Shown here: in pieces, positions 1-9,498 of the stretch
How the letters are laid out: each line of letters opens with the position of its first letter
How positions within the stretch are numbered: the first letter of the stretch is position 1
Assembly (NCBI GenBank): GCA_903927465.1
Contig: CAIYMY010000029.1
Location: 16,275-80,274, forward strand
DNA: 64,000 bases
Direction: 5' to 3'
Origin: an uncultured Rhodospirillales bacterium
GTDB lineage: Bacteria > Pseudomonadota > Alphaproteobacteria > Acetobacterales > Acetobacteraceae
Notes under the pieces: generated by a model
What the model was told of the DNA's origin: nothing
The model's input: the letters and a program-made list of their open reading frames with translations, nothing else
Databases searched by the model: none
Made by a program: the position numbers and the translations under genes

Positions 1-566
1 AGCTGGTACGCACCCGGCAGGAGGAAATCGCCAAGGAATTGCGCGAATTGCAAGGCCGGATGTTGGAACTGCACGAACGTGAAATCAGCGCCAACGACCA
101 ATTGACCCGCCTCACGATAGACGCGCCCGAAGCCGGTATGGTGATGGATTTGCGCTATACCACACGCGGCGGCGTGATCGCGGCTGGTTCACAGGTTGCC
201 TCCATCGTGCCGCAGGAAGAAAGGCTGGTGGTGGAAGCGCAGATCACGCCGGTTGATGTTGATACGGTACGCCTCGGCATGCCGGCTTCCATCCGGCTTT
301 CCCATGCGGCAGCGCGCACCACGCCTGTTCTGGAAGGTTCAGTGGAACGGATTTCCCCGGACCGCATGACAGATCAACGCACCGGCATGCCGTATTTCGT
401 CGCGCGTATTGCCATTGCGCCTGAGGAATTGGCCAAGCATGAACATTTGCGCCTGCAACCTGGCATGCATGCGGAAGTTCTGATCCGGCGCGGCGAACGG
501 TCCTTTGCCTCCTACCTGGCGCGGCCGCTGTCGGATCGCTTCGCCAAATCCATCCGAGAGTTCTAG
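1..566 (+). CDS. HlyD-family type I secretion membrane fusion protein, 3' part (5' end outside window)
   Basis: Frame is open from nt 3 with no upstream stop. Motifs I.APEAGMV.DL...T.GGVI..G, D.V..G..A.IRL and L.PGM.AEV.I..GERS..SYL.PL are typical of HlyD/PrtE adaptors. Confidence 0.9.
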   Translation, partial: LVRTRQEEIAKELRELQGRMLELHEREISANDQLTRLTIDAPEAGMVMDLRYTTRGGVIAAGSQVASIVPQEERLVVEAQITPVDVDTVRLGMPASIRLSHAAARTTPVLEGSVERISPDRMTDQRTGMPYFVARIAIAPEELAKHEHLRLQPGMHAEVLIRRGERSFASYLARPLSDRFAKSIREF

Positions 567-612
567 AGCAGCAAGCGGCGCGGCAGCGCAGCACAAGTTC
601 AGTAGGAGTGTC

Positions 613-1293
613 ATGATGTTTCGTCGTTTTCTAGGTGCTTTGGCGCTCTGCCTTCTGGGTCTTTCCAGCGCGCCCGCGCTGGCGCAGCAGGGCGATCCCT
701 CTTTCAATGTGGTCAATCGTTCCGGACGGTTGATTTTTGAGGTTTATGCGTCGCTTTCCACGGATCAGGATTGGGGCAGGGATCGGCTTGGCGATAAAGC
801 GCTGCCCAATGAGCGGAGCTTCACGCTACGCCTGCCGCAAGGCCCCTGCATGTGGGATCTGCGCGTGGTTTATGAACGCGCGGGCGGCCCCGCCGAGGAT
901 AAGCGCAACATCAACCTATGTGCTGTGACGGAAGTGGTGTTTGATGGGCGGCAGACGGGCCAAACCCAGGGGCCACAGCAGCGCCCGCAGCCCCAGGCAC
1001 CCCAGCGCGGCGCGCCCGCCGGCCCCACCGGCAATCCTTCCTTCAACCTGGTCAATCAATCGCGCGTGACGGTGATGGAAGCCTATGTATCGCTTTCGAC
1101 CGAGCAGGAATGGGGGCCGGATCGGCTGGGCAATGATACGGTGCCGGCGGGGCGCAATTTCGCCATGCGCCTGCCGGAAGGCCCTTGCCTGCATGATGTG
1201 CGCTTTGTCTATGAGAATGGCCAAGCGGATGAACGCCGCGGCGTGAACCTTTGCGACGTCACTAATCTGGTCCTGCCCTTGCAGCGGCAGTAA
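613..1293 (+). CDS. Secreted hypothetical protein with two tandem ~85-aa Cys-pair domains
   Basis: AGGAG at 604-608 before ATG 613; Sec-type signal peptide ending in ALA-QQ; internal duplication (GDPSFNVVNRS.../GNPSFNLVNQS...) joined by a Q/P-rich linker. Confidence 0.85.
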   Translation: MMFRRFLGALALCLLGLSSAPALAQQGDPSFNVVNRSGRLIFEVYASLSTDQDWGRDRLGDKALPNERSFTLRLPQGPCMWDLRVVYERAGGPAEDKRNINLCAVTEVVFDGRQTGQTQGPQQRPQPQAPQRGAPAGPTGNPSFNLVNQSRVTVMEAYVSLSTEQEWGPDRLGNDTVPAGRNFAMRLPEGPCLHDVRFVYENGQADERRGVNLCDVTNLVLPLQRQ

Positions 1294-1304
1294 AACTGGC
1301 CTGC

Positions 1305-3386
1305 CTAGCTTGGCAGGCTCACATCCAGGTTAAGGGCGGCATCGCAGCGCGCGGTGGCGCCTGGTGGCAGCACCAGCGTGCATTCGCGTTCTTCAATGAG
1401 CGCCGGGCCGGCCACGCTTTCGCCCGGGCGAAGCGCCAAGCGGTTCAGCACTGGCGTTTCAACATAGGCCCCGCCAAACCAGGCACGGCGCGTGCCGCGC
1501 TGCAAAGCACCTTCTGCGGCTCCGCTTTGCTGCGTCAGGTCCACCACCGGGCGTGGGCCAGCTACAATCACCTGCCAGGATACGCATTCCACCGGCAAGC
1601 CGGGTTCGGTGCGTCCGTAAAGCGCCAGATAGGCGGCTTCAAATTTCGCGCGCAATTCTGCCGCATCGCCCTGCGTGATCGCCTCGGCCGGGATTTCCGC
1701 TTCCACCTGGAACCCCTGCCCGGCATAGCGCATGGCACCCAGGATGCGCGCTGATGCAGCTTCCGGCGCCACACCTGCCGCGGCCGCCATAGCTTTGCCT
1801 TGGGCCGTCATGGTGCTGGTGATCTCACGCAGCCGCGCAAAATCCAACCCGGCCAAGGGGGCTACCCAACCCTGCACGAAAGCGAAGGAAATCGGCGCCG
1901 CCAGAAAACCAAAAGCCGAAGCAACCCCCGCGCCCAAAGGCACGATGATGCGGCGAAGGCCAAGTTTCATGCCGATATGGCAGGCATGCACAGGGCCTGC
2001 ACCGCCGATTGGCACCATCGCATAAGCATCAATACGCTTGGCCTTTTCCAACGCGTGGATCGCCGCCGCCTGCGCCATATTGCCATTGACGGTTTCATGG
2101 ATGGCCCAGGCGGCTTCCGGCACAGAAAGACCAAGTGGCTTGCCGATGTGTTCGGCCAAAGCCGCTTCCGCCGCCGCGACATCCAGCTTCATCGCGCCAC
2201 CCAGGAAGCTTTCAGCGCCAAGATAACCCAGCACCAAATCCGCATCCGTGACTGTGGGGCGCGCGCCGCCAAGCCCGTAGCAGGCGGGGCCGGGATCGGA
2301 ACTCGCGCTTTCCGGGCCCACACGCACCAGGCCGAGGCGATCCACCCGCGCGATGGAACCGCCGCCCGCGCCGATTTCGATCATGTCAATGACCGGCACC
2401 TTGAGCGGCAATCCGCTGCCCTTGCGGAAGCGATCCACGCGCGCGACTTCGAAATCGAGGCTGCGCTGAGCTTCGCCATTATCAATCAACGCGGCTTTGG
2501 CGGTGGTACCGCCCATATCAAAGCAAAGGATATCGCGCGCCCCTGCCGCCGCACCATAAATACCAGTGGCTTCCACACCGCCCGCGGGGCCGGATTGCAC
2601 CAAGCGGATCGGGTGACGCGCCGCGGTTTCTTCCGCGACGGTCCCTCCATCAGACAGCATCAGGAAAAGCGGACCGGTTAGGCCGAAGCCGCGCAAGCCA
2701 TCGCTCAAGCGCCGTAGATAGCGTTCAAAGACAGGCTGCACATAGGCGTTGCATACAGTGGTGGAGGCGCGTTCATATTCACCGATTTCCGGCACGATTT
2801 CGGAAGAAAGGCACACGGTCAATTCGGGCGCTTCTTCCGTTAGAATCTCGCGCATGCGCAGTTCATGCGCGGGATTGCGGAAGGCATGCAGGAAACAGAC
2901 AGCAACCGCCTTTGCCCCGGCAGCGCGCAACGCCCGTACCGCTTCGCGCGCGCTGGCTTCATCAAGCGCTTCGCGCACCGTGCCATCAGGCAGCAGGCGT
3001 TCAGCCACCCCAAGCCGGCGATGGCGCGGCACAAGCGGTTCCGGCACACGCATGAACAGATCATAGGTATCGTGGCGGAGTTCGGTGCCGATTTCCAGAA
3101 TATCGCGAAAGCCTTTGGTGGTGATCAGGCCCGTGGGCACGCCGCGGCGTTCGATCAGTGCATTGGCGACCAGCGTGGTGCCGTGAATGACGTGGCGGAC
3201 TTCCTCTGCCCGCGCACCGGTGCGCGCCAGCAAATCGCGCACGCCTTCCAGCACCGCTTCTTCCGGGGCGTGGGGCGTGGTGAGCACCTTGCCATTGAAG
3301 ATGCGCCCGTCACGCGAATCGAGCATGACCAAATCGGTGAAGGTGCCGCCGATATCAACACCAATGCGCCAGGGTGCGGGGTTCAT
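1305..3386 (-). CDS. Hydantoinase A / 5-oxoprolinase family ATP-binding subunit
   Basis: GVDIGGTFTD, HGTTLVANA, SGPAGG, DMGGTTAKA, IGAGGGSIA and PTVTDADLVLG motifs; 693 aa; start overlaps the stop of subunit B (ATGA). Confidence 0.93.
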   Translation of the reverse strand: MNPAPWRIGVDIGGTFTDLVMLDSRDGRIFNGKVLTTPHAPEEAVLEGVRDLLARTGARAEEVRHVIHGTTLVANALIERRGVPTGLITTKGFRDILEIGTELRHDTYDLFMRVPEPLVPRHRRLGVAERLLPDGTVREALDEASAREAVRALRAAGAKAVAVCFLHAFRNPAHELRMREILTEEAPELTVCLSSEIVPEIGEYERASTTVCNAYVQPVFERYLRRLSDGLRGFGLTGPLFLMLSDGGTVAEETAARHPIRLVQSGPAGGVEATGIYGAAAGARDILCFDMGGTTAKAALIDNGEAQRSLDFEVARVDRFRKGSGLPLKVPVIDMIEIGAGGGSIARVDRLGLVRVGPESASSDPGPACYGLGGARPTVTDADLVLGYLGAESFLGGAMKLDVAAAEAALAEHIGKPLGLSVPEAAWAIHETVNGNMAQAAAIHALEKAKRIDAYAMVPIGGAGPVHACHIGMKLGLRRIIVPLGAGVASAFGFLAAPISFAFVQGWVAPLAGLDFARLREITSTMTAQGKAMAAAAGVAPEAASARILGAMRYAGQGFQVEAEIPAEAITQGDAAELRAKFEAAYLALYGRTEPGLPVECVSWQVIVAGPRPVVDLTQQSGAAEGALQRGTRRAWFGGAYVETPVLNRLALRPGESVAGPALIEERECTLVLPPGATARCDAALNLDVSLPS

Positions 3387-4981
3387 GGCGTCACATAGCC
3401 TTCCTTGATATCGCGGGCGATCGCGGCGGGATCACGTTCCGCCACCGGTCCCATGCCGCCGCCGCCTGGTGTTTCATAGGTAATGACATCACCTGGTTGC
3501 AAAACGATCCGCGCCTTGGCGGCGACAGGTTTGCCATTGACCAGATCACGCCCGCCGCGCCCCGCCGCGCCGCCCAAAATACCGCGCGGTGGGTGCTGCA
3601 CGCGTTCATGGCGATACGTAGCCGTCACAGGTTTTTCGCCGACGACTTCAAAGGAAAGCCGTTGAGACAGCCCGCCGCGCATGCGCCCCGCGCCGCCGGA
3701 ATTGGGGATGAGTTCCTTTTCCGTCATCAACATTGGGACAGCGTTTTCAAACTGCTCCACCGCTTGCGTTGCGACATTGGATGGGAAGGAAAGGCAGGCA
3801 GGACCATCATGCTGGGGTGCGGCGCCATGGCCACCATTCATGAAAAACATGCGCACATAACGACGGCCTTCGGCATTCTCGCCAGTGAAATACACATTCC
3901 ATAGCGGGCTGCCGCTTTCCGCGATCACGCGATCTGGAATGAGTTTCGCAAGCGCCGCCAGCACCAGCATGGGCAGATAATGGCCGGTTAGATGCCGCCC
4001 CCACACTGGCGCCGGGCGGCGCGGATTCACAATCGAACCTTCCGGTGCGATGAAGGTGATGGGCCGGAAGGATCCATCATTATTCGGTGTCGCGGGATCG
4101 AAAGCGCATTTCACCGCGTAATTGGAATAGGCGCGCGTGAAATTGAGCGGCGCATTCACCGGGCGCGCAATCTGCCCATCCGTACCGGTAAAATCCAGGA
4201 TCAGATCACTGCCCTTGATGGTCAGTTTCAGGCGAATGGTGACGGGGTGTTCAAAGCCATCGGCGGTGACTTCATCTTCCACCACGCCATCCGGTGCGGC
4301 GGCGATCGCATCGCGCATGGCGCGTTCGGAACGGGTGAAGATTTCGCCGGCCAGCGCATCCAAATCATCAATGCCTTCTTCGGTCATAATGCGCGCCAGG
4401 CGCTTTTCCGCCTGTTCGTAAGCCGCGAATTGCGCGCGGATATCGCCGAGCGTTTCATCCGGCTGGCGCAGATTGGCTTCCATGAAGGCAATCACATCCT
4501 CATTTTCCACGCCACCCTTCAGGATGCGGGTGATGGGAATGGTGAGGCCTTCTTCCCAGGAATCGCGCGCATCCACGGAAGGCGCGCCGCCGATATCGGT
4601 GGAATGGAAGGTGCTGCCTAGCCATGAAATCACGCGGCCCTTGGCGAAGACGGGCTTGATCATCGTGATGTCATTCAAATGGCCGGTGCCGTAATAGCCA
4701 TCATTCGAAATCAACACATCGCCAGGTGAAAGCCGTTCCACCGGGTAGCGTTGCAGCATGATTGCCAGCGTACGCGGCATGGTGCCCACAAAGGATGGGA
4801 CAGAACGTGATGATTGCGCGAATTGCCGCCCGCTGCTGTCCATCAGCCCAATCGCCATATCCCAATTGTCGCGCACAACAGATGAGAAGGAGGTGCGGAC
4901 AAAACTCTGCGCCGTTTCATCCATGAGCCCCGCAATGCGCTGCCAGGCAGTGCCAAGCCGAAGGGCAGAAAAGCTGGACAT
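3383..4981 (-). CDS. Hydantoinase B / oxoprolinase family subunit
   Basis: SFSSVVRDNWD, GHLNDIT, HSTDIGG, GGHGA, GRMRGGL and TPGGGGMG motifs; AGGAGA RBS supports ATG 4981. Confidence 0.92.
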   Translation of the reverse strand: MSSFSALRLGTAWQRIAGLMDETAQSFVRTSFSSVVRDNWDMAIGLMDSSGRQFAQSSRSVPSFVGTMPRTLAIMLQRYPVERLSPGDVLISNDGYYGTGHLNDITMIKPVFAKGRVISWLGSTFHSTDIGGAPSVDARDSWEEGLTIPITRILKGGVENEDVIAFMEANLRQPDETLGDIRAQFAAYEQAEKRLARIMTEEGIDDLDALAGEIFTRSERAMRDAIAAAPDGVVEDEVTADGFEHPVTIRLKLTIKGSDLILDFTGTDGQIARPVNAPLNFTRAYSNYAVKCAFDPATPNNDGSFRPITFIAPEGSIVNPRRPAPVWGRHLTGHYLPMLVLAALAKLIPDRVIAESGSPLWNVYFTGENAEGRRYVRMFFMNGGHGAAPQHDGPACLSFPSNVATQAVEQFENAVPMLMTEKELIPNSGGAGRMRGGLSQRLSFEVVGEKPVTATYRHERVQHPPRGILGGAAGRGGRDLVNGKPVAAKARIVLQPGDVITYETPGGGGMGPVAERDPAAIARDIKEGYVTP

Positions 4982-4994
4982 AGCGTATTCTCCT

Positions 4995-6593
4995 TTAGCC
5001 GCGCATGGCTTGTAGCTGCGCGGCATAGCCGGCGGGGTTCACCGTTACATCAATCAGGCTTGGGCCTTGCAGCGCAAAAGCGGCTTCAAGGGCGGTGATG
5101 TATTCGGCTTCGGTCGTGGCGCGGAAGCCCGTGGCGCCAAAGCCTTCTGCGATGGCGGCGAAATCCGGCCGTGCCCAGCGCACACCCTCGGGCGGCAACT
5201 GCCGCTGCTGCTGCTTGATATCAATCAGCGACAGCGCGCCATCATTAAAGACGATGGTGATGCAGGGCGCGCCGGCCTCCGCCGCCGTTGCGAGTTCTGC
5301 CACGCACATCATCAACCCGCCATCGCCGGTAAAAGCAATGGCGCCATCAGCAGGGTTTTCCAGTGCGGCAGCAAGCGCGGCTGGGAGCGCAAAGCCCATC
5401 GAGGCGAGGCCGTTGGAAATCAACACATCGCGCGGCGCCGCGCATTCCCAGAAAGCGGTGGCCGAGAACATATGCGCCCCCGCATCAACGCTGATGCGTG
5501 GGGTGCGCCCAGCGCGGCGCGCGGCTTCCTGCGCCAAACTCACAATAAGCGGCGGTGCGACACCGCCTGAGCCCTGCCAAGTCAAAGCCGCGCGCATGGT
5601 ATCCCGATGTGTCGCAATCACCGCGCCATCCCACGCACTGCGTTTGGCGCTGTGCGCCAGCGCGGTAAAGCACGGCGCCAACGCGCCATGCAGTGATGCG
5701 GTGGGCGTGACGTAATGCACGTGATGTGCGCGCAAGCCGATATCCAGGACTGGCGCCGTATAGCGCCAAGGTTGCAGGATGAGTTCCACCGGATCGAGGC
5801 CCGCCAGGATGATCAAATCCGCATCCTGCACGCAGGGTGCTTCCAAAGATCCGCCGGTGAAAATGCCGACGAAATGCGGATCAGCATCCGCGATCACGCC
5901 CTTGGCTTTATAGGTTACCAGCGCCGGGCAGCCGAGCGCCGCCACCAAAGCGCGCAGTGGTTCGGCTGCCGTTACGGCTTCCACACCCGCCAGGATCACG
6001 GGCTTGCGCGCCGCAGCCAATACTGCACGCGCTTTAGCCAAGGCTGCGTTATCAAGTGGCGTGGGTATGCTTGCCGGCAAAGGCGGTAATTCGCCCGCCG
6101 GGCGGCGCGCAGCTTCGCTGGTTAAATCCAGATGCACCGGGCCGATCGGCGCTTGCATGGCAAGGTCAAGCAGGGCTTCGATCTCGGCCGCCGGGTTTTC
6201 GCTGCGCGCTTGGGAATAACCCTTCACCAATTCGGCGCTCACGTTCCGCTGATCAAACACCTGATGGGTGATGTAGCTGATTTGCTTTTCGGTGAAGCCA
6301 TCGGTCAGCAGCAACACCGGCGCGCGTTCCAACGCGGCACAAGCAATCCCATTCAGCGCATTCATCAACCCCGGGCCCTTGGTGGTCAGCACCACACCGG
6401 GTGCGCCGGTCACTTCCGCATCCGCCACCGCCATCATCGCCGCATTGCCTTCATGACGCGCCAGGATGAAGCGAATGCCAAAACGCTCGGCTGCTGCGAT
6501 GATATCCAGCGAAGAACCACCCCCCGGCACGCCATAGATGCGCCTGGTGCCGCGCCGCGCGAGCGCTGCCAGCAAATACTCAGCGGTGTTCAT
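4995..6593 (-). CDS. Thiamine diphosphate-dependent enzyme (acetolactate synthase-like superfamily)
   Basis: YGVPGG, RHE catalytic Glu, GPGLMN, SNGLASMGFALPAA, and the GDG...ND ThDP/Mg motif; ATG 6593 overlaps the upstream stop (ATGA). Confidence 0.9.
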   Translation of the reverse strand: MNTAEYLLAALARRGTRRIYGVPGGGSSLDIIAAAERFGIRFILARHEGNAAMMAVADAEVTGAPGVVLTTKGPGLMNALNGIACAALERAPVLLLTDGFTEKQISYITHQVFDQRNVSAELVKGYSQARSENPAAEIEALLDLAMQAPIGPVHLDLTSEAARRPAGELPPLPASIPTPLDNAALAKARAVLAAARKPVILAGVEAVTAAEPLRALVAALGCPALVTYKAKGVIADADPHFVGIFTGGSLEAPCVQDADLIILAGLDPVELILQPWRYTAPVLDIGLRAHHVHYVTPTASLHGALAPCFTALAHSAKRSAWDGAVIATHRDTMRAALTWQGSGGVAPPLIVSLAQEAARRAGRTPRISVDAGAHMFSATAFWECAAPRDVLISNGLASMGFALPAALAAALENPADGAIAFTGDGGLMMCVAELATAAEAGAPCITIVFNDGALSLIDIKQQQRQLPPEGVRWARPDFAAIAEGFGATGFRATTEAEYITALEAAFALQGPSLIDVTVNPAGYAAQLQAMRG

Positions 6594-8278
6594 GCGCGTG
6601 CCCGATCCGGCCAGAAGCGCACACCGGCCCGCGCGAGCCCGCCGCCAAGGCCAATCGCCGTACCATCCGCGCGCCAGCACGCCGCCCCTTCCATGCTGCC
6701 ATCGGCCTGGAAGGTGATGGCATTCATGCCGCCGCCAACATGCGGCATGGGCGCAACCTGATGCCCGCGAGCCTTGAGCGCTTCAAGCACCGCGGCATCA
6801 AAGTCGGGTTCAACTTCCACCGCAGCGCCTTGAGTCCAAAGCCGCGGCGCTTCCACCGCTTCCTGCAGCGACATGCCGTGATCCACCAGATTGAGCAAAC
6901 CCTGCATGACCGAACCGAAAATCCGCAAACCGCCCGGCATGCCAAGCGCATAAGCGGGCTTGCCATCCTTCAGCGCAATCAGCGGCGCCTGGGATGTGGT
7001 GATGCGCTTGCCGGGCGCGACAGACAAAGCCTTGCCGGGGCGCGGATCGAACAGCGCCATATAGTTGTTCGGGATCAGCCCCGTGCCCGGCACCAGGAAG
7101 CGCGCGCCAAACAGTGAATTGATGGTCTGCGTTGAGCAAACAATATTGCCCTGATCATCCGCCACCGTGACATGGGTGGTATTGGCGCTCTCGCCGGGGC
7201 TGACCCCCGGCCCCCAGGTTTGCGCGCGCGCCATATCAACTGCGGCGCGGCGTTCATCGCCATAGGCGCGCGAAATCAGCCGCGCCACGGGTACATCCAC
7301 AAAGGTAGGATCAGCAGTGGCGGCGGCACGATCAGCGAAGGCAATCTTCAACGCCTCGGCCAGCAGATGCAGCGTATCGGCGCTGCCGAAACCCATCCCG
7401 TGCAGATCGAAGCCTTCCAATATGTTCAGCATTTGCAGCACATGCACGCCGGAAGACGCCGGGGGCGGTGGCAGCAAAACCTCATAACCACGATAGGGGC
7501 CACGCAAAGGCGCGCGTTCAATCGTCGTGAAATCTGCAATATCGGCGGCGGAGACAATGCCGCCCGCCTTCCTGATGCCATCAGCAATCGCGCTGCCCAA
7601 GGCGCCCTTCAGCACGCCAGGCCCTTCGCGCGCGATCAGCGCGAGGGTTTCAGCATATTCCGCCTGGATCAGCCGCGCACCTGGCTTGATCGGCGCGCCA
7701 CCTGGCAATAATAGCGCGGCAATGGCGGGGTCGCGCGCCAGATCATGCGCTGCTTCATTGATGCATTCGGCCAGATAGGGCGTGACGCCAAAACCGCGCG
7801 CCGCGTGGCGTATCGCCGGCGCCATCACATCAGAAAGCGGCATGCTGCCGAAGCGTTCCAGCGTTTCGCACCAGGCGCGCAAATTGCCCGGCACGGCGAC
7901 AGAAAGCGGGCCGACGATATTGGCGCGGCCCGTCGCTTCAAAATTCATCGCATTGGCGGGCGCAGCGGGCGTGAACATATCGGCGCGCGCCGCAGCCGGC
8001 GCGGTGGACAGCCCATCAATCACGGTGTGCCGCCCATCTGGCAAGCGCAGATGCGCCATGCCGCCACCCAGAATGCCCACCATCATGGGTTCCACCACGG
8101 TCAGCGTGAACAGCGCGGCGATGGCGCCATCCACCGCATTGCCACCGGCAGCGAGCATTTCCGCCCCAGCGGCGGAGGCGAGCGGATGGTTCGTCACCAC
8201 CATGCCGCGCGTGCCCGTGGCGGGGCGTTTTTCCGTGGTAAAATGCGTGCCAGCGCGCGACCGCCAATTATCTTGCAT
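6590..8278 (-). CDS. Gamma-glutamyltransferase-fold Ntn-hydrolase (cytoplasmic, atypical substrate pocket)
   Basis: GGNAVDGAIA, N-TTH autocleavage site and PGG oxyanion motif; no signal peptide; alternative start at 8293. Confidence 0.88.
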   Translation of the reverse strand: MQDNWRSRAGTHFTTEKRPATGTRGMVVTNHPLASAAGAEMLAAGGNAVDGAIAALFTLTVVEPMMVGILGGGMAHLRLPDGRHTVIDGLSTAPAAARADMFTPAAPANAMNFEATGRANIVGPLSVAVPGNLRAWCETLERFGSMPLSDVMAPAIRHAARGFGVTPYLAECINEAAHDLARDPAIAALLLPGGAPIKPGARLIQAEYAETLALIAREGPGVLKGALGSAIADGIRKAGGIVSAADIADFTTIERAPLRGPYRGYEVLLPPPPASSGVHVLQMLNILEGFDLHGMGFGSADTLHLLAEALKIAFADRAAATADPTFVDVPVARLISRAYGDERRAAVDMARAQTWGPGVSPGESANTTHVTVADDQGNIVCSTQTINSLFGARFLVPGTGLIPNNYMALFDPRPGKALSVAPGKRITTSQAPLIALKDGKPAYALGMPGGLRIFGSVMQGLLNLVDHGMSLQEAVEAPRLWTQGAAVEVEPDFDAAVLEALKARGHQVAPMPHVGGGMNAITFQADGSMEGAACWRADGTAIGLGGGLARAGVRFWPDRARA

Positions 8279-8289
8279 AGGTATTTCCT

Positions 8290-9498
8290 TCATTGCCGAA
8301 CACGCATCATGAAAAGTGCCGCAACTGCCGCAACGCCAAGCAGCGCGGTCAGCCATAGTGAAGCCGCGCCAAAATCATCCAGTAGCAGCCCAAACAACAA
8401 GGGCGCAAAAGCCTGCGAAGCCCGCGCCGGCGCGGTGATGAAGCCCTGGCGCTGCCCATAGCCAACCGGCCCGAATAGCGCGAGCGGCAACGTGCCGCGC
8501 GTGATGGTCAGCAACCCATTCCCCGCGCCATGGATAATCACAAAAAGCGCGGCAAAGGGCGCGCCCAGCGCCATCAGTACCACCACCGCCACCGGATGCG
8601 CACCAGCGGCAATGCGTGCGGAAAAAAGCGGATTCATCTTGCGCATGAGTGTAAATTCAACAACGCGCGCCGCCACCTGCGCCGGGCCCATCAACGCGCC
8701 AGCTGCAATCGCGACGGCGAGGGATGTGCCTGCGGATTGCAGTAGCCCCGGCAAATGCGCGGCAAGCGCGGTAGAACTAAAACTCGCGGTCGCCAGCACG
8801 AAAGCGAGCAGGATCATGTCGCGTTTGCAGTCCCGCGTTTCCTCGGCAGATAGCGGTGGCGCGGCTTCCTTGGGTGGTGGTGGGGGTGCCTTCGGGATCA
8901 GAATAAGATTGAGCGGCAGGCAGATGAAGAGATGCAAGGCCACCCAGCCGAGGCAGGCGCCGCGCCAGCCCCATTCGGCTTCCATCAGCGCGGAAAGCGG
9001 CCAGCCGACCGTGCTCGCAAAACCCGCAATCAGCGTAATGCCGGTGATGCTGTTGCGCGCATCCTTGCCGTAAAGCCCGGCAAGCGTCGCGAAGGCCGCA
9101 TCATAAAGCCCCATCGCCATGGCAATGCCAATGATGAACCAGCTTAGGATCAGCATCGGCAGACCATTGGCAAAGGCCATGATCAGCAGGCCAAGAATGA
9201 AAATCATGTTCGAAATGGCCAGCACATCGCGCCCACCGCGCTGGTCAATCGCGCGGCCCGCCGCTGGCCCCAGCAGCGCGGTCAGCAGCAGGGAGCCGGA
9301 AAACACGCCAAAGACCAGGGCGCGCGACAGGCCCAGATCCTCGGCGATTGGTGCAGCCAGGATAGCCGGCAGATAATAGGAAGACGCCCAGGCCAGGGTC
9401 TGGGTGGTGCCAAGCACTGTCACCACCCTGGCCTTGGAAGCGGTCGCGCTCACGGAAAAAAGCCGGGTTGCGATTTCAATCCGTGATGGCGCGGCCAC
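8290..9498 (-). CDS. MFS transporter
   Basis: About 12 hydrophobic segments; GRAIDQRGGR motif A; GTG start (exact start uncertain). Confidence 0.88.
   Translation of the reverse strand: MAAPSRIEIATRLFSVSATASKARVVTVLGTTQTLAWASSYYLPAILAAPIAEDLGLSRALVFGVFSGSLLLTALLGPAAGRAIDQRGGRDVLAISNMIFILGLLIMAFANGLPMLILSWFIIGIAMAMGLYDAAFATLAGLYGKDARNSITGITLIAGFASTVGWPLSALMEAEWGWRGACLGWVALHLFICLPLNLILIPKAPPPPPKEAAPPLSAEETRDCKRDMILLAFVLATASFSSTALAAHLPGLLQSAGTSLAVAIAAGALMGPAQVAARVVEFTLMRKMNPLFSARIAAGAHPVAVVVLMALGAPFAALFVIIHGAGNGLLTITRGTLPLALFGPVGYGQRQGFITAPARASQAFAPLLFGLLLDDFGAASLWLTALLGVAAVAALFMMRVRQ

Noticed and set aside
613-1293. Tandem-domain protein as the substrate of the adjacent type I secretion system
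   Set aside because: It has a cleavable Sec-type signal peptide and no GGxGxD RTX repeats, unlike T1SS cargo.
1305-8278. Ordinary glutathione / 5-oxoproline recycling cluster (ggt + oxoprolinase)
   Set aside because: The GGT-like protein lacks the glutamate-binding residues and a signal peptide, and the ThDP enzyme and dehydrogenase have no role in that cycle. Not excluded without assays.
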